Assembly (NCBI GenBank): GCA_965206645.1
Contig: CBDBKE010000002.1
Coordinates: forward strand, 480,001-544,000
DNA: 64,000 nt
Source of the DNA: Terriglobia bacterium
GTDB lineage: Bacteria; Acidobacteriota; Terriglobia; JAJPHL01; JAPKYU01
Reading direction: 5' to 3'
Notes under the pieces: generated by a model
The model's database searches: none
The model's input: the letters and a program-made list of their open reading frames with translations, nothing else
What the model was told of the DNA's origin: nothing
Shown: positions 20,866-33,000 of the stretch, in pieces
How the letters are laid out: each line of letters opens with the position of its first letter
Position numbering within the stretch: position 1 is the stretch's first letter
Position numbers and translations under genes: made by a program

Positions 20866-21414
20866 TCATGGTTGTGCCCCTTCGCGTAGCGAGGCCGGCG
20901 CGAAGGCTTCGCGCACGCGCCCGTCGGTGACGTCATAGACGTAGCCAGCAACGACGAGGTCGTCCGGTAGAGTCGCGGCGGCTCGGAGCCGGTGGAGGTC
21001 CTCGGCCACGCTGGTCTGCGGGTCGATGATGGCAAGCCTTTCGATCGCTGCCTCGCCGGTCCCAGCGGCTTGGCCCAACTTCTGCCTAACCTGAGGGATG
21101 GCGAAGCGGCTGGCGCCACAATCGGTGTGATGGACGACGGCCACCTCAAGGGCAAACGAGCCGCTCCCAACGAGCGCGGCCAACGCCTGGAGAATCGCGA
21201 TCTGCTCGATGACCTCGTCGGTGACTCGCCCACCGATGTTGCGCATCACGACGGCGTCGCCCAGCTCGAGACCGAGAACGTGCGCCGGGTCAACTCGAGC
21301 GTCGACACATGTCAGCACCAGCGTCGACAGACGGGGCAGGATGGTCAAGTCCCCCTGGTCGAAGCTGCTGGCAAACTTAAGGTTGCGAGCGATAAGGGTT
21401 TGCACATCAGTCAT
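20866..21414 (-). CDS. Beta-class carbonic anhydrase
   Basis: CVDAR, RNIGG and HHTDCG zinc ligands. Confidence 0.88.
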   Translation of the reverse strand: MTDVQTLIARNLKFASSFDQGDLTILPRLSTLVLTCVDARVDPAHVLGLELGDAVVMRNIGGRVTDEVIEQIAILQALAALVGSGSFALEVAVVHHTDCGASRFAIPQVRQKLGQAAGTGEAAIERLAIIDPQTSVAEDLHRLRAAATLPDDLVVAGYVYDVTDGRVREAFAPASLREGAQP

Positions 21415-21451
21415 GGTATGTCCTCCCCAAACAACCCCGCGAGATTCCTGC

Positions 21452-22325
21452 TCAGACTGTCATTCGCTTCATCCATTGGATGATCGCCTCTGATGCGTCG
21501 TCGGCTGCCTCCTCTTGCCAGAAGTGGCTTGCTTTCAAGAGGATAGTTTTGTGATTCGGGAATACTCGCTCGAAATGTTGACGCTCATCGTCACGAAACG
21601 CAAAGTCCTTCGTACCCCAAGTCAGGAGCACGGGCATATCCTTGATCTGGTCCAAGCCGACCTCTACTTCGTGGAGGTAGTCCGCGGCCTTGAACAGTAG
21701 CCGAGGCGAGATGGAGGTCTGCCTGCGGTTTTTGCGGTCTTTGAACGGCGCGAGGTACATTCGCATTACTTCCTTTTCTGGTCTGTGAATCACAGCCCGC
21801 CATAAAGAAGAATCTCGCTACACCATTAAACAAGTAGGCCATTGCTCTGCCGATGGGTCTCCCCATCACCCAGCTAAAGATTTCGTTTCTTTTTCCTTCT
21901 AGAGGCCACGCGAATGTATTTCCGATAATGGCCCGCTTCACAAGCTCGGGTCGTCGCCCAGCAAGTCCGAGTCCCCCCGGTCCGGCCCAGTCCTGAACAA
22001 CGAGAGTCAGATCCTTGATGCCGAGTTTGTCAACGAAGTTCTCAATATTCCCGCTGTGTTCGCGTGGCGTAAATTGATATCCAGGTGGCGCCTCGGTCAG
22101 CCCAAATCCTGGGTAGTCCGGCGCGATACAGCGGAAAGTGTCTCGCAATCTCAGGATCAGCTTGCGGTACAGGAATGACCACGAGGGGTTCCCATGAAGC
22201 ATGAGCAGGTTCTCCCCATTTCCCTCGTCCACATAGTGCATGTTGATGCCATTTCCGAGTTCCAGAAACCTGTGCTCGAACGGATAAAGCCCTCTATTCA
22301 CATCAAACTTTAGCCGTTTGGTCAT
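21452..22325 (-). pseudogene. Haloalkane-dehalogenase-like alpha/beta hydrolase, frameshifted
   Basis: HGNPSWS, PDYPGFG, QDW; C-terminus (WGTKD, SHFWQE) in another frame near 21790. Confidence 0.82.
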
Positions 22326-22438
22326 AATGGCTGAGCTCCCTGCCGGCGACTTGATATTCCTTACACAGTACGCTTCTCCAGGAAGCGGTAGTAGCCGAGG
22401 CTCTGGCCAGCCGTAGGAGGAGCCCCCTCTTGTCGGCC

Positions 22439-22510
22439 ATGCTACGCCCCACCTGCGGGCAAGTCAACGCGGGGAGCCAGCCAGACGTGCCGATGGTCTT
22501 TCGCTGCCGC
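22439..22510 (-). promoter_or_regulatory. Repeat Z carrying a sigma70-like promoter
   Basis: TTGACT-17-TAGCAT on the minus strand; homologous to 47589-47660 and 52652-52685. Confidence 0.6.
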
Positions 22511-22744
22511 ACTGGAGGAGTCCAAGCGACAACCACCGTAGTTTGCCTCTAACCTCCCAGTTCTTTCCGGTCCGTCTGCCAACTCCCGAATGGTCGCCGA
22601 CTCGGAAAGCACCTCAGCGCCTTGCGGCTCCTTCTCTGACTGGCAGCGGTCACTTGGCCGCCGGCTGCGCGTGGCTTCGTGGTACACTCGGTCTCCCTTA
22701 TTCACAGGACGCAGTCTCCCGTCGCTCCTGAATTTGGTGCTCCG

Positions 22745-24028
22745 ATGAGAGATGCTGATAAATCGAAAAAGCAGCTCCTCCGTGAATTAGAGGAGATGCG
22801 CGAGAGAGTATCCGAGCTCGAATCGTCAAAGAAACAGCGCGAACGGACTGGAGAGGCTTTGGGCAGAAGCGAAGAGCCGTTTCGAAAAATCTTCGAGAAT
22901 TCCAATGATGGAATTTTCGTCGTCGATCCGGACCGGGATGAGATCATCGACGTCAACTTTAAGGCCTCTGAGAGGCTCGGCTATACTTGCCAAGAGCTTC
23001 TCTCCATGCCTGTGTCGGCTATCCATCCGGATGAAATGCCCAAGTTCCGGGCCTTTGGGAAATCCGTTTTCGAAAAGGGAGCGGGTTGGACCAACGAACT
23101 CACCTGCTTGACCAAGTCCGCAGGGAAACTGGATGCCGAAATTTCGGCCTCTGTTATCGACATTTCAGGCCGAACCCACATGATCGCAATGGTTCGGGAT
23201 ATTACCGCCCGTAAAAGAGCGGAGGCAGAACTACGGAAGGCCAACGAACGGATGAAGGCCGACCTCGAGGCTGCGGCCCAGATTCAGAAATCCCTCTTTC
23301 CAAGCGTGTCTCCTGTCGTGGAGGGGGTAAGGTTCGCGTGGGAAGTCAAGCCGTGCGAGGAGCTCGCCGGGGACATTCTCAATATCTTTCGCTTGGATGA
23401 GCACAATTTGGGTTTCTACATCCTTGACGTAAGTGGCCACGGTGTTCCTGCGGCCATGCTTTCCGTCGCACTCCACAAAGTTCTATTGCCTTTCGCCAGC
23501 CCGACCTCTTTATTGACCCGGCATAAGGACGAGGGGTCCGGATTCCAAATTGTGTCCCCCGCTGAAGTTTGCCAGCAATTGAACGTGCTTTTCCCGATGA
23601 ATCCCGCGACGGCGCAGTACTTTACCCTGCTCTATGGAGTCTTCGACTTGAAAACGAGAGAATTCCGATCCGTCTCCGCAGGCCACTGTGCTCCCATTTA
23701 TTTGTCCCCTGGACGGAAGCCTTTTGCGATTGAAATACACGGTTTTCCGATAGGCCTTTTCAAAGAGGCCTCCTATGAGGAGCAGGTCATGAAAACAGAG
23801 CCTTGCAGTCGGCTTTACTTGTATTCCGATGGATTGACGGAAGCTGTCAACCTGCAGGGAGAAGGCTTCGGTGAAGATCGGCTTCTACGTACCATAGAGG
23901 AGAGTCGGAGTCGGCCTTTACAAGAAAGTCCCTGTTATATCCTGGACCGCGTCCAGGAATGGAGTAGCAGCACCAGGCTGGAAGACGATGTTTCCCTCCT
24001 GGCGCTGGAATTGGGTGTTGATTTATAG
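22745..24028 (+). CDS. PAS-domain PP2C/SpoIIE (RsbU-like) phosphatase
   Basis: PAS/PAC ending RDITARK; LAGD, DVSGHG, SAGH, YSDG, EDD. Confidence 0.9.
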   Translation: MRDADKSKKQLLRELEEMRERVSELESSKKQRERTGEALGRSEEPFRKIFENSNDGIFVVDPDRDEIIDVNFKASERLGYTCQELLSMPVSAIHPDEMPKFRAFGKSVFEKGAGWTNELTCLTKSAGKLDAEISASVIDISGRTHMIAMVRDITARKRAEAELRKANERMKADLEAAAQIQKSLFPSVSPVVEGVRFAWEVKPCEELAGDILNIFRLDEHNLGFYILDVSGHGVPAAMLSVALHKVLLPFASPTSLLTRHKDEGSGFQIVSPAEVCQQLNVLFPMNPATAQYFTLLYGVFDLKTREFRSVSAGHCAPIYLSPGRKPFAIEIHGFPIGLFKEASYEEQVMKTEPCSRLYLYSDGLTEAVNLQGEGFGEDRLLRTIEESRSRPLQESPCYILDRVQEWSSSTRLEDDVSLLALELGVDL

Positions 24029-24030
24029 CA

Positions 24031-24522
24031 TCAGTCGTCTGCTCTGGCAGGGTTGCTTGCTGATCGCACGGCTACTGATCGCAGAGCAGCGTCCGAGACT
24101 ACCTGAGGCACCGACACGTTCTCGGCCAAATACTCCTTGGCCAGGTCACGCTCCCGGCGAAACTTCGGGAGTTCACGCGCACCGAGGCCTCTTCCAGCCC
24201 ACACCTGGGTGAGTAAATACTGATCCTCATATCGGTTGAAGATGAACGTCGGAGAATTATTCTCTCTCGATTTGGCTGGCACGGTGTTGGACCAGAGCAG
24301 CGTCCTTCGGCTTCCGTCTTCTCCAATATGAATCACGAACACACCCTGTGGATTAGTGTACTGAACAGCGTAGCTGCCGGTCGGATACGCTGTATTCCCG
24401 ACCATGAAATCAAACGGGATATCCGCCCAGACCTCATTGTCAGAGTCCGCGTGGACAGAGACAACTGCGAGCATGGCCAGGAGACTCCCCATCGCCAGAA
24501 CAGTTAGAGCCTACTTTTTCAT
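24031..24522 (-). pseudogene. Secreted hypothetical protein with a stop at codon 4
   Basis: ATG AAA AAG TAG then signal peptide; IPFDFMVG...FNRYEDQYLLTQVW. Confidence 0.6.
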
Positions 24523-24697
24523 AGTGACCTCCTTAAGGTTTTGAGAAGAAGCGGGCCACCCCGCCATTTCCGATTTCGCCGCTTTTTCTTTTCGGCTGAT
24601 GAGTAGGATGCAAACATTAGGCGATGAGATTCACGCTCAAATCTAGAGTTCAAAAGCCTCGACTGGTAGCTACTCCCTGAACAATTCGCCTTATTTC

Positions 24698-24731
24698 TTC
24701 CCCGATGTTGTCAGCTAGTGTTTACTTATGC
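24698..24731 (-). repeat. Y half-site
   Basis: Minus strand GCATAAGTAAACACTA-GCTGAC matches the Y left arm and core. Confidence 0.65.
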
Positions 24732-24882
24732 TTTCAAGCAGGAGCCGCTGAGGAACGGCACGATCCTGCCCATTCTCAGACAACCATCCACCTTGCCGGC
24801 GACCTAGACAACTACAACGATGGCTTAGACTGTCTTTGTGTGGCCGGTCTGGAGGACGAGTTCGGGCTTGGGGTGCGCAGGG

Positions 24883-25281
24883 CTATCGGTTCGGGTCTGC
24901 GTCAAGAGTCGCGTTCCCGAGCCACGCGTTAGCCAGTGTCAGATTGGCAGGCAGGCGGCAGGAGGGCAGCTTGCGCTCGTTCCCAAGCTTGCCTTTGCGC
25001 ACCTTCACCGAAGTCGCCTCGAACTGGACGTCGGCATTGGCCAGAACCTTGGCCGCGCGCGATTCAGGACAGAAAATGAAGGCGGCCTCAGAATTCTTGC
25101 CGGTCAGGACGCGGTCGCCGGCCCCAATCAAGTCGGCGGTCCGCGCGGGAACTGGGCTCTTCTGCTCCGCCCTCACGATCTGCACGTTGCCTGATACCAT
25201 GGAAAGTATCCCCACCGGGGCCGCGGCCTGCGCGGCAGCGCAAAGACAAAGCAGCGCAGTTACAGTCCGATAGATCATCAC
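24883..25281 (-). pseudogene. Secreted protein N-terminus (FecR-like), probably truncated
   Basis: Signal peptide; VSGNVQI...GDRVLTG motif. Confidence 0.45.
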
Positions 25282-25799
25282 TCACGACCTTTAACCGGAA
25301 TTTCCGACTTCAACCTTTTACTCCTCGTTTCGCGCCGCTCAAGTGAGAATGGCCTGAGCTCTGCCAGAGCCCAGGCTTCGGGCTCCAAGAACCTTGGGAG
25401 GGCACGCAAGTGAGGGGCAGGCGTGTAGAAGAATGGAGCCAGCGGGAGCAGCTCCGCCGCTGGCTGACGGGTCCGACTCTTGTTTCTGCTTCAATTCGTG
25501 CATGAACCCCACGCTCACTTGTCGGATGCGGTGGTGGGGCGAAAAGTCGCACTGGTGAGGAACAGGTTGTGGGAAAACTCTCGAGGTGGAGGTCGGCTTC
25601 GACCTTGACCGCCTCGGGCAGATGCTCAGCCGCCTCAAGAATCAAACGCCGGTGTGATCTTTCGGCTGAAGGGTGCAGGGCAGGTGCCCCACCGGCACGG
25701 CGCAATCGGCTACCTTGCCCACCCAGGGATCGGCGTGATGGCCTTCCTTGCCCACTACTGAATCCCCAAGTCACACCCGGTCATCGAATTGATTGAAAT

Positions 25800-27079
25800 T
25801 GACCTGCCGGCTTTCTTCGGACCACCGATTACTGGAGAACAGCGCCAGTCGGCATGGTTAAGTCGCTCTCGTGTTCTTCTTGGTCAGCGTGAGCCGGCAT
25901 CGCCGGCGAGCGCCCACCGTCATCCGAGCCAGCACGGAGCTGCGCTTTGAACTCGGCTGGCGTCAGATAGCCAAGGCTCGAGTGCGGTCGCACGTCGTTG
26001 TAGTGCCGTCGCCATTGCTCGATCCCCACCTTCGCGTCCACGCGGTTCCGAAACCACTGCAGGCTCAGATACTCGTCGCGGAACTTCCCGTTGAACGATT
26101 CGTCGGTCGCATTCTGCCACGGCTTCCCCGGCTCGATGAGCGCGGTTTCGATCTGCGCCTGGAGCAGCCACCGGAGAATCGCACCCGCGACAAACTCGGG
26201 GCCGTTGTCGGACCGGAGGTAACGTGGGGCTCCGTGGACGCTCACGAGCTGCGTGAGCACCTCGATAACGCGCCCGGACCGAATGCCGCCGGCCACGTCG
26301 ATCGCGAGTGACTCGCGGGTCCATTCGTCGACGACGGTGAGGCACTTGAGCGTCTGCCCATTCGCGCAGGTGTCGAACACGAAGTCGTACGCCCAGACGT
26401 GATTGACCGCAGTGGCGGGCACCGGGCGGGGCCGGCTCAGGGCGACCCGGCGCCGCGGCCGCCGCCGAGGCACCTGCAACCCCGCCTGGCGCCAGAGGCG
26501 ATGGGTCCGGTCCGTGCTCATCGTGTGCCCTTCGCGTTTTAGGAAAATCCGAATCCGGCGATAGCCGTACCGCGGATACTGCGCCGCCAGACGACGCATC
26601 GCGGCCAGCGCCGGGGCATCCCGGTCGACCAGCCGCGACTGGTAGCCCAGCGTGGACCGTGCGACGGAGAGCAAGGCGCACGCGCGGCGACCCGACAGAC
26701 CGCGTGCACGTGCATACGCGACCTGCGGCCGGCGCACGCGTGCGCCTACCATTTTTTTCGGGTGATCTCCTTGAGCACGTCGATCTCCAGATCTCGATCG
26801 GCCACCATCTTTTTCAGCCGGCCGTTCTCCTGCTCGAGCTGCCGCAGCCGCTTCACATCGGCGGGCTCCAACGTGCCGAAGTGTTTCCGCCAGGCGTAGA
26901 GCGTCTGGGCGCTGACGCCGTTCTTTTTGGCCACCTCCGGAACGGGCCGCTGATCGGCCTCGCGGAGGATCGTCACCATCTGCTCTTCGGTAAACCGGGT
27001 CTTCTTCATGGCTCCCTCGTTTCTCCGAGGGCGCCATTCTCTCAGGCTTCAGCTGGTCCGGAAATCGCCAGGCAGGTCA
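25800..27079 (-). mobile_element. IS3-family element (orfA 26746-27009, orfB ending 25829)
   Basis: TGACCTGCC inverted ends; TSD AAAT; A7 slippery site at the orfA/B overlap; WAYDF, SDNGPEF, ESFNG. Confidence 0.95.
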
Positions 27080-27081
27080 AA

Positions 27082-27357
27082 ATGGCCAGGAAAACCATTC
27101 GTATCACCCATCGTACAAGTGGGATTAAGATCGCTGAAGGCCCACTCGGATGGGGAATCACGCCCTTTGAAGGCAGCCCATACACGGCCGCAAGTATCTA
27201 TTAACAAAGGGGTTAAAGCCGAACTTCATTTCCGGGCTCTGCCCCTACAAGTTCCTTTATGTTTGGCTCGATCTCAAGCTGCCGGATGGCAATCAGGTCA
27301 AGAATCTCGGCTGGCTGTATTGGCTACCTAATCCGCTATTCCCTTTCATTTGTTGAG
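27082..27357 (+). pseudogene. DUF427-like gene remnant
   Basis: GITPFEG, then GLCPYKF...LGWLYWLPNPLF in a shifted frame. Confidence 0.45.
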
Positions 27358-27690
27358 ATAATTTAGGACCATTGGAAAAGCGACAGGTCGCTACCCGCCT
27401 CACCTTCTGCGCTCCGCCCTGCGCGCTGGCCATCACTCTAAGCAGACAAACCACAATCTACCTCTTTTCGAAACTGAAGAAGTCAACTTGGAGTGCGACC
27501 TTGTGGCCGGCTACCTGGAACGCCTGCTTTTGAACCTGGAGCGACCTACCGAACGCTCCGCCGAAACCCTCACTGTTGATCGTTTGATCCAGGAAGGCTT
27601 CTGAAATCAAAGCACGGTCACCGGACCCTTGTCTACTTGCTGGAGCGGCTTTGCTCCAGTATAAGGGTGCTGGGAAAAGGAGAGGAATCC

Positions 27691-29124
27691 ATGAGTCTTA
27701 GAATGTGCTTGTCTTTGGTCGTCCTGGCATCTGTTGTCTGCCTCCCTGTCTCGGACCTTGAGGCCCAACCTCGGCCGAACAAGCAGCATCGGAATGCTCT
27801 GGCGGAGTTGAGCAGCTCGTTCCAGGCCGTGTGCGGCCGTGTGAGCCCGGCGGTCGTTCAAATTTCCACTTCGGGCTACGCCACTATACAAAAGGGCGCA
27901 GGAGCCGGCACGGGGTTGGTGACCCGACATCGCGGCGTAGGGTCAGGGGTCCTGGTTGACCCGGACGGTTATATCGTCACCAACGCCCACGTGGTTGAAG
28001 GTGTCCGGCGACTCCAGGTCTTGCTGGCGGTTCCCCCCGACGAGCGAGCCCAGTGGCGCTCTATTCTCAAGCCCCGGGGGAAAGCCGTTCCGGCCAAGAT
28101 TATCGGAGTGGATCGGGAGACGGATCTCGCCGTATTGAAGATAGAAGAAACGGGGCTGCCCTCGCTGGAGTTGGGGGACTCCGACCAGCTACGGCAGGGA
28201 CAAGTCGTGCTGGCGTTCGGCAGTCCTCTCGGGTTGGGGAATTCGGTCACCATGGGTGTGGTGAGCTCCGTCGCACGCCAACTTCGGCCCGAGGATCCGA
28301 TGATCTACATCCAAACCGACGCCACCATCAACCCGGGCAACAGCGGCGGTCCGCTGGTGGACAGCGAAGGACGGGTGGTTGGGATTAACACTCTCATCGC
28401 GTCGCTGTCCGGCGGCAGCGAAGGGATCGGCTTCGCCGCCCCGAGCAACATTGTGCGGCACGTTTATTCACAAATCCGTAAGTCCGGCCGGGTTCGCCGC
28501 GGCCGACTCGGGGTGGCAGTCCAGACAGTGACACCCACGCTGGCAGCCGGATTGGGATTGCCTCAAACCTGGGGTGTGGTGGTGGCCGATTTGCTCCCCG
28601 GCGGGCCGGCCGCAATCGCCGGGGTCGAGACCGGCGACCTGATCCTGACTCTCGATGGGAAAGTTATGGAGAACGCACGCCAGTTTCAGGTCAACCTTTA
28701 CCCGCGCTCCATTGGCAATGCAGTGACCCTGGAGCTGCTGCGTGGCTCGCAGAAGCTCACGAAGATTGCATCGTTAGTGGAGCGTCCGAGCGCCCCCGAC
28801 CATTTCGCCGATCTTGTAACCCGAGGGACAAGCCTGATTTCCAAGCTGGGTGTTTTGGGAGTTGAGCTGGATGACCGAGTCACGGGAATGCTCCCGACCC
28901 TGCGAGAACCCACCGGCATTCTGGTGGCAGCCCTGGCGGCGGAAGCTCCCACCGGAGGCGCAGGGTTTCAGCCAGGCGATATCATCCATTCGATCAACCG
29001 CGCACCGATCCGGGACCTGGCCGGACTCCGATCCGCGGTGGGCCGCCTCCACGCGGGTGATCCGATTGTCGTTCAAGTCGAACGGCTTGGCCAGTTCCTG
29101 TTCATTGCCTTCCATGTGGAATAG
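27691..29124 (+). CDS. HtrA/DegP-family serine protease with two PDZ domains
   Basis: GSGV, TNAHV, TDLAVL, QTDATINPGNSGGPL; signal peptide. Confidence 0.93.
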   Translation: MSLRMCLSLVVLASVVCLPVSDLEAQPRPNKQHRNALAELSSSFQAVCGRVSPAVVQISTSGYATIQKGAGAGTGLVTRHRGVGSGVLVDPDGYIVTNAHVVEGVRRLQVLLAVPPDERAQWRSILKPRGKAVPAKIIGVDRETDLAVLKIEETGLPSLELGDSDQLRQGQVVLAFGSPLGLGNSVTMGVVSSVARQLRPEDPMIYIQTDATINPGNSGGPLVDSEGRVVGINTLIASLSGGSEGIGFAAPSNIVRHVYSQIRKSGRVRRGRLGVAVQTVTPTLAAGLGLPQTWGVVVADLLPGGPAAIAGVETGDLILTLDGKVMENARQFQVNLYPRSIGNAVTLELLRGSQKLTKIASLVERPSAPDHFADLVTRGTSLISKLGVLGVELDDRVTGMLPTLREPTGILVAALAAEAPTGGAGFQPGDIIHSINRAPIRDLAGLRSAVGRLHAGDPIVVQVERLGQFLFIAFHVE

Positions 29125-29426
29125 CATGAGAGCGCCGACAGCACCCGGGCAGGGCACCCCGGGCGTCTGCCCTATCCTACTGGTGAAGTAATATGGCCGG
29201 TGGAGGGAATCGAGCTGCGCGGAATCCGGAATCGCGACTTCTCTCGATAGCCGGCAGGAGTCGCCTCGGCCAAGCCCACGACGCCGTCCTCACTCGCCAG
29301 ACACAGATGCCATGCCCATCAGCATAGGCCACGGTCCCTCAAGACCTCCTCCTCCGCCTGAACCTCCCGGAGTAAGCCTTCCGCGTTGACTTACCCTTAA
29401 CCTGCGAGTCAAGGCCACAGCACCTC

Positions 29427-29832
29427 TGACCACCCATCGCTCCGCTTCCCTTTGCGGAGCGTGCTCCTTGGCGCCGCCGGTCCCCCGGTAAGAGGCGGGG
29501 TGCACGAGGGCCTCCGATGAGGGCTTTTCGTCGCCGGCGTCCGTCAGCGCAAAGGTCACACCGCGGCCAGTGAAATAGATGCTCTTGTCGCCACCCTGGA
29601 TGTAGTAGGCGACGCGGGGGTCGAGCTGCCCCTGGTTCTCGATGAAATGGAGAGGCAGTTTTCCGAAAGTCTCTACCACCTGCCGCTTGTTGGCCGCTGG
29701 AGTTTTCGCTGCGGAGTATGGCTTGTCGGCAAGGACAGGGCCGGAACCCAGCTCCACCACCGCGCTGGCTAGCAACCCGAGCGCTAGCAGCGCCATTCCC
29801 GGCCCTATGGAACGAATCAAGAACCTACGCAT
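29427..29832 (-). pseudogene. Second SBBP-type 5' fragment
   Basis: Inverted paralog of 9535-9942, ending at the same point. Confidence 0.75.
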
Positions 29833-29900
29833 GTCTGTCCCCCTCGGAGGTGAAGGACCAAAGATTATCGCCTGCCGGGTCGCATGTCCAGGAAAGCCTG

Positions 29901-29975
29901 ATAGGTCGCCACAAACGGGCTAGCGTTATCAATCCTGGTTTCAGTTGGACGTATAGTCGGCTATCCGGACAAGTG
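29901..29975 (-). repeat. X site (29942-29975) and Y site (29901-29934)
   Basis: Reverse complement of 9392-9466 with few differences. Confidence 0.85.
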
Positions 29976-30001
29976 CCTACCTTGCGGCAGCGTCACTTTA
30001 A

Positions 30002-33000
30002 CCCGGATTTCCTTTTTGGAAACGCAGCGGCAACCTTCAGCTAACCTCCAACGTCAATATTGATACTGGTTGCAGCATCAATCGGAGCGTTCGGAGGCGT
30101 AAACCCAATGGGTGAGAGCGGAAAACAGGGATTTCAGCTGTCGTTCAACCGATTTCTGCGAGTCGGGTTTCAGGGATCACGGGTGACTTCCAATGGTGGA
30201 CTGATTCTGGTCCGGGAGTTGGATGAGCGTCTGGGATTCAGCGAACTCATTGACGAGCACCTGACCGATTCGCGGGCAAACAATGCTCGGTTTTCTTTCG
30301 CGGACTTGCTGCGGCAGTCGGTCTACAGTCGCCTAGCTGGATACGAGGATGTAAATGATGCCGAGCGGCTGTCGCAAGACCCGACCTTTCGGCTGATTGG
30401 TTCAGAGAAGACTTGGGAACGAGGCGCGGCGCTGACCTCCAGGTTGCAAACTTTCGAGACGGAGATGCTGGCGAAGGTGGAGAACTTCGTCGGGTTAGCC
30501 CGGATCAACCGGGAACTGATCGGAAAGGTCGAAGCCTTCCAGTGGCACTACCGAGCGGTGCTGGATATGGACTCAACCGAGATTCCGGTCTACGGGGAGC
30601 AGGAACAGAGCGCCTACAACGGGCGCTTCGAGTCCACTTGCTATCACCCGCTGCTTTTGGTTCAAGAGAGTGTCTCACCTTTAGTTGAAAGTTGAGCGGC
30701 GGTTCGCTGACCTGGTTCCGTAGAATCGGGTTGGGAAACTTTCTGGAAAGGGGAACCGCCGTGCAGAGAAGCTACCACATCCTAGGCCGGAGCGATAGCC
30801 GAAGCTCCCGCAAACTGGCTGCCTACCTGGCTCGCCACGGGCAGTTTCTGCTGCCCTGGGTGGAGTTGATCGAACAATCGCGGTTAGCCGTCGACGAGCT
30901 GATCGACGTGGTGGGTAGGGCGGCGATTGAAGCGGTGCTGGAGTTGTCGGCCGCGCAGGTGGCCGGTCCACGCCGTCAGGGCCGGCGGCGCCGTGGGGTG
31001 GGCTGGTATGGGCGCCAGCGGGGACGGGTGCGCCTGAAGGAGAGAAAGCTGGCCGTGCACAGGCCACGGCTCCGGCGGCCAGGCCGGGGAGCGGGGAAAG
31101 AAGTTCCCCTCCCGGCCTACGAAGCCATGCAGGAGGGCGAGGGTCTGGGGGCCCGGATGTTGGATATCTTGCTGCGGGGCGTCTCGACCCGGCAGTACCA
31201 GCGGGTGTTGCCGGAGATGGCGGACACCGTGGGTGTGTCGCGCTCCACGGTCAGCCGGGAAACGATGGAGGCTGCCGCAGCCGAGTTAGAACGTCTGTTG
31301 AACCGCCGCTTCGAGGAAGTAGAGTTGCTGATCCTCTACATCGACGGGATGGTGTTTGGCGACCATCACGTGATTGCGGCTGTGGGCGTGGATGCGGAAG
31401 GGCACAAGCACGTGCTGGGGATTCAGCAGGGGGCTACGGAGAACGCCGCGGCCGTCCAGGACTTGCTGGAAGGTTTAGTGCGGCGAGGGGTGCAGCCGGC
31501 CCAGAAACGGCTGTTTGTGATCGACGGCTCGAAGGCCTTGCGGGCGGCGATCCGCGCCGTGTTCGGGGCCGAGCAGCCGGTGCAGCGCTGCCGCGCCCAC
31601 AAGTTGCGCAACGTCCTGGACCGGTTGCCGGAGCCAGAGCGGGACCAGGTGCGGGCGGCGATGCGGGCCGCCTGGCGGTTGGATCCGAAGACCGGCAGGG
31701 CCAAGCTGGAGAAGTTGGCCCAATGGTTGGAGCGAGATTGTCCGGCCGCGGCGGCCAGCTTACGGGAGGGTCTGGAGGAATGTTTCACCATCAACCGGCT
31801 GGGGCTTCCGGCTTCGCTACATCGCTGTCTGGCCACCACCAATCTCATCGAGAGTCCGCAGGCGGGAGTGAGGTTGCGAACTCGCCGGGTGTGCCGCTGG
31901 CGGGATGCGGCCATGGTCCAGCGCTGGGTCGCCTCCAGCTTCCTGGCCACGGAGAAAAACTTCCGCCGCCTGATGGGGTACCAGGACCTGTGGATGTTGA
32001 AAGCGATCCTCGAAGGATCAAAGTCGGCCACTCGACGGGAGGTGGCGTAGTCGGATGGCTCCGAACCGCCGCTACGAACTTTCAACTGAGTTCAGGACAC
32101 CCTTTTGTTCAATCGAGACGGCGACTGTCTGGCGGCCCAGCTGCGCTCAGGGAATGTCCACAGCGCCGAGGACTCGGATGAACTATTGCTGCCGGAGATC
32201 GAACGACAGCAGGCTGAAGGCAAACAGATCACCTTTCGCGTCGACGCCGCCTTCGCCAAGCCGGAGATCTACGAGGCGATGGAAGAGCGTGGCGTGGACT
32301 ACGTGGTCCGCATTCCGGCCAATAGGACCTGGAGCTGGAGATCGAGGACATCCTGTTTCGGCCGCCGGGCGGGCCCTCCCGCAAACCCTTGGTGCGCTAC
32401 AAGAGTTTCCGCTATCAGGCGGGGAGTTGGTCGAGGGCCAGAAGAGTTGTCGCCAAGGTGGAGCATCACCAGGGCGAGCTATTCCCGCGCGTCGGATTCA
32501 TTGTGACGAGCACGAGCTTGCCGAGTCGCTCGTTGGTGCGGTTCTACAACAAGCGCGGCACGGCCGAGCAGTGGATCAAAGAGGGCAAGCAGGCGACGAA
32601 CTGGACGCGTCTGTCGTGTCATTGTTTTCGGGCCAACGAAGTGCGGTTGCAACTTGCAGTGCTGGCGTACAACCTGGGGAACTTGTGGCGACGGCTCGGG
32701 CTGCCTCACAGGATCAAGACGTGGTCACTGACGAGTTTGCAGCAGCGGCTGATGAAGACCGGCGGGCGGCTGGTCAAGCATGCCCGGTATTATTGGCTGC
32801 TGCTGGTTGAGAGGCATCTGAACCGGCAACTGTTCGGAGCGATGGTGGGGCGGCTAGATGGGCTGCCGCTTCCGTCGGGACAGCTCAGGCTGTGGCAGCA
32901 TCCAAGAAAACGATTCCGCTATCTCCCCAGGAATGGAGAGTTGCCGCTGACCAGACCGATTTTTTCGAGAAATGGTCCTTGATGAGCCTCCAGCAGCGGC

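Noticed and set aside
17694-22325. Programmed frameshifting in the SDR and hydrolase genes
   Set aside because: No slippery motif was seen; decay or sequencing error is more likely.
25295-25790. Additional IS1380-like end CCGGAATTTCC
   Set aside because: No transposase or partner end could be identified.
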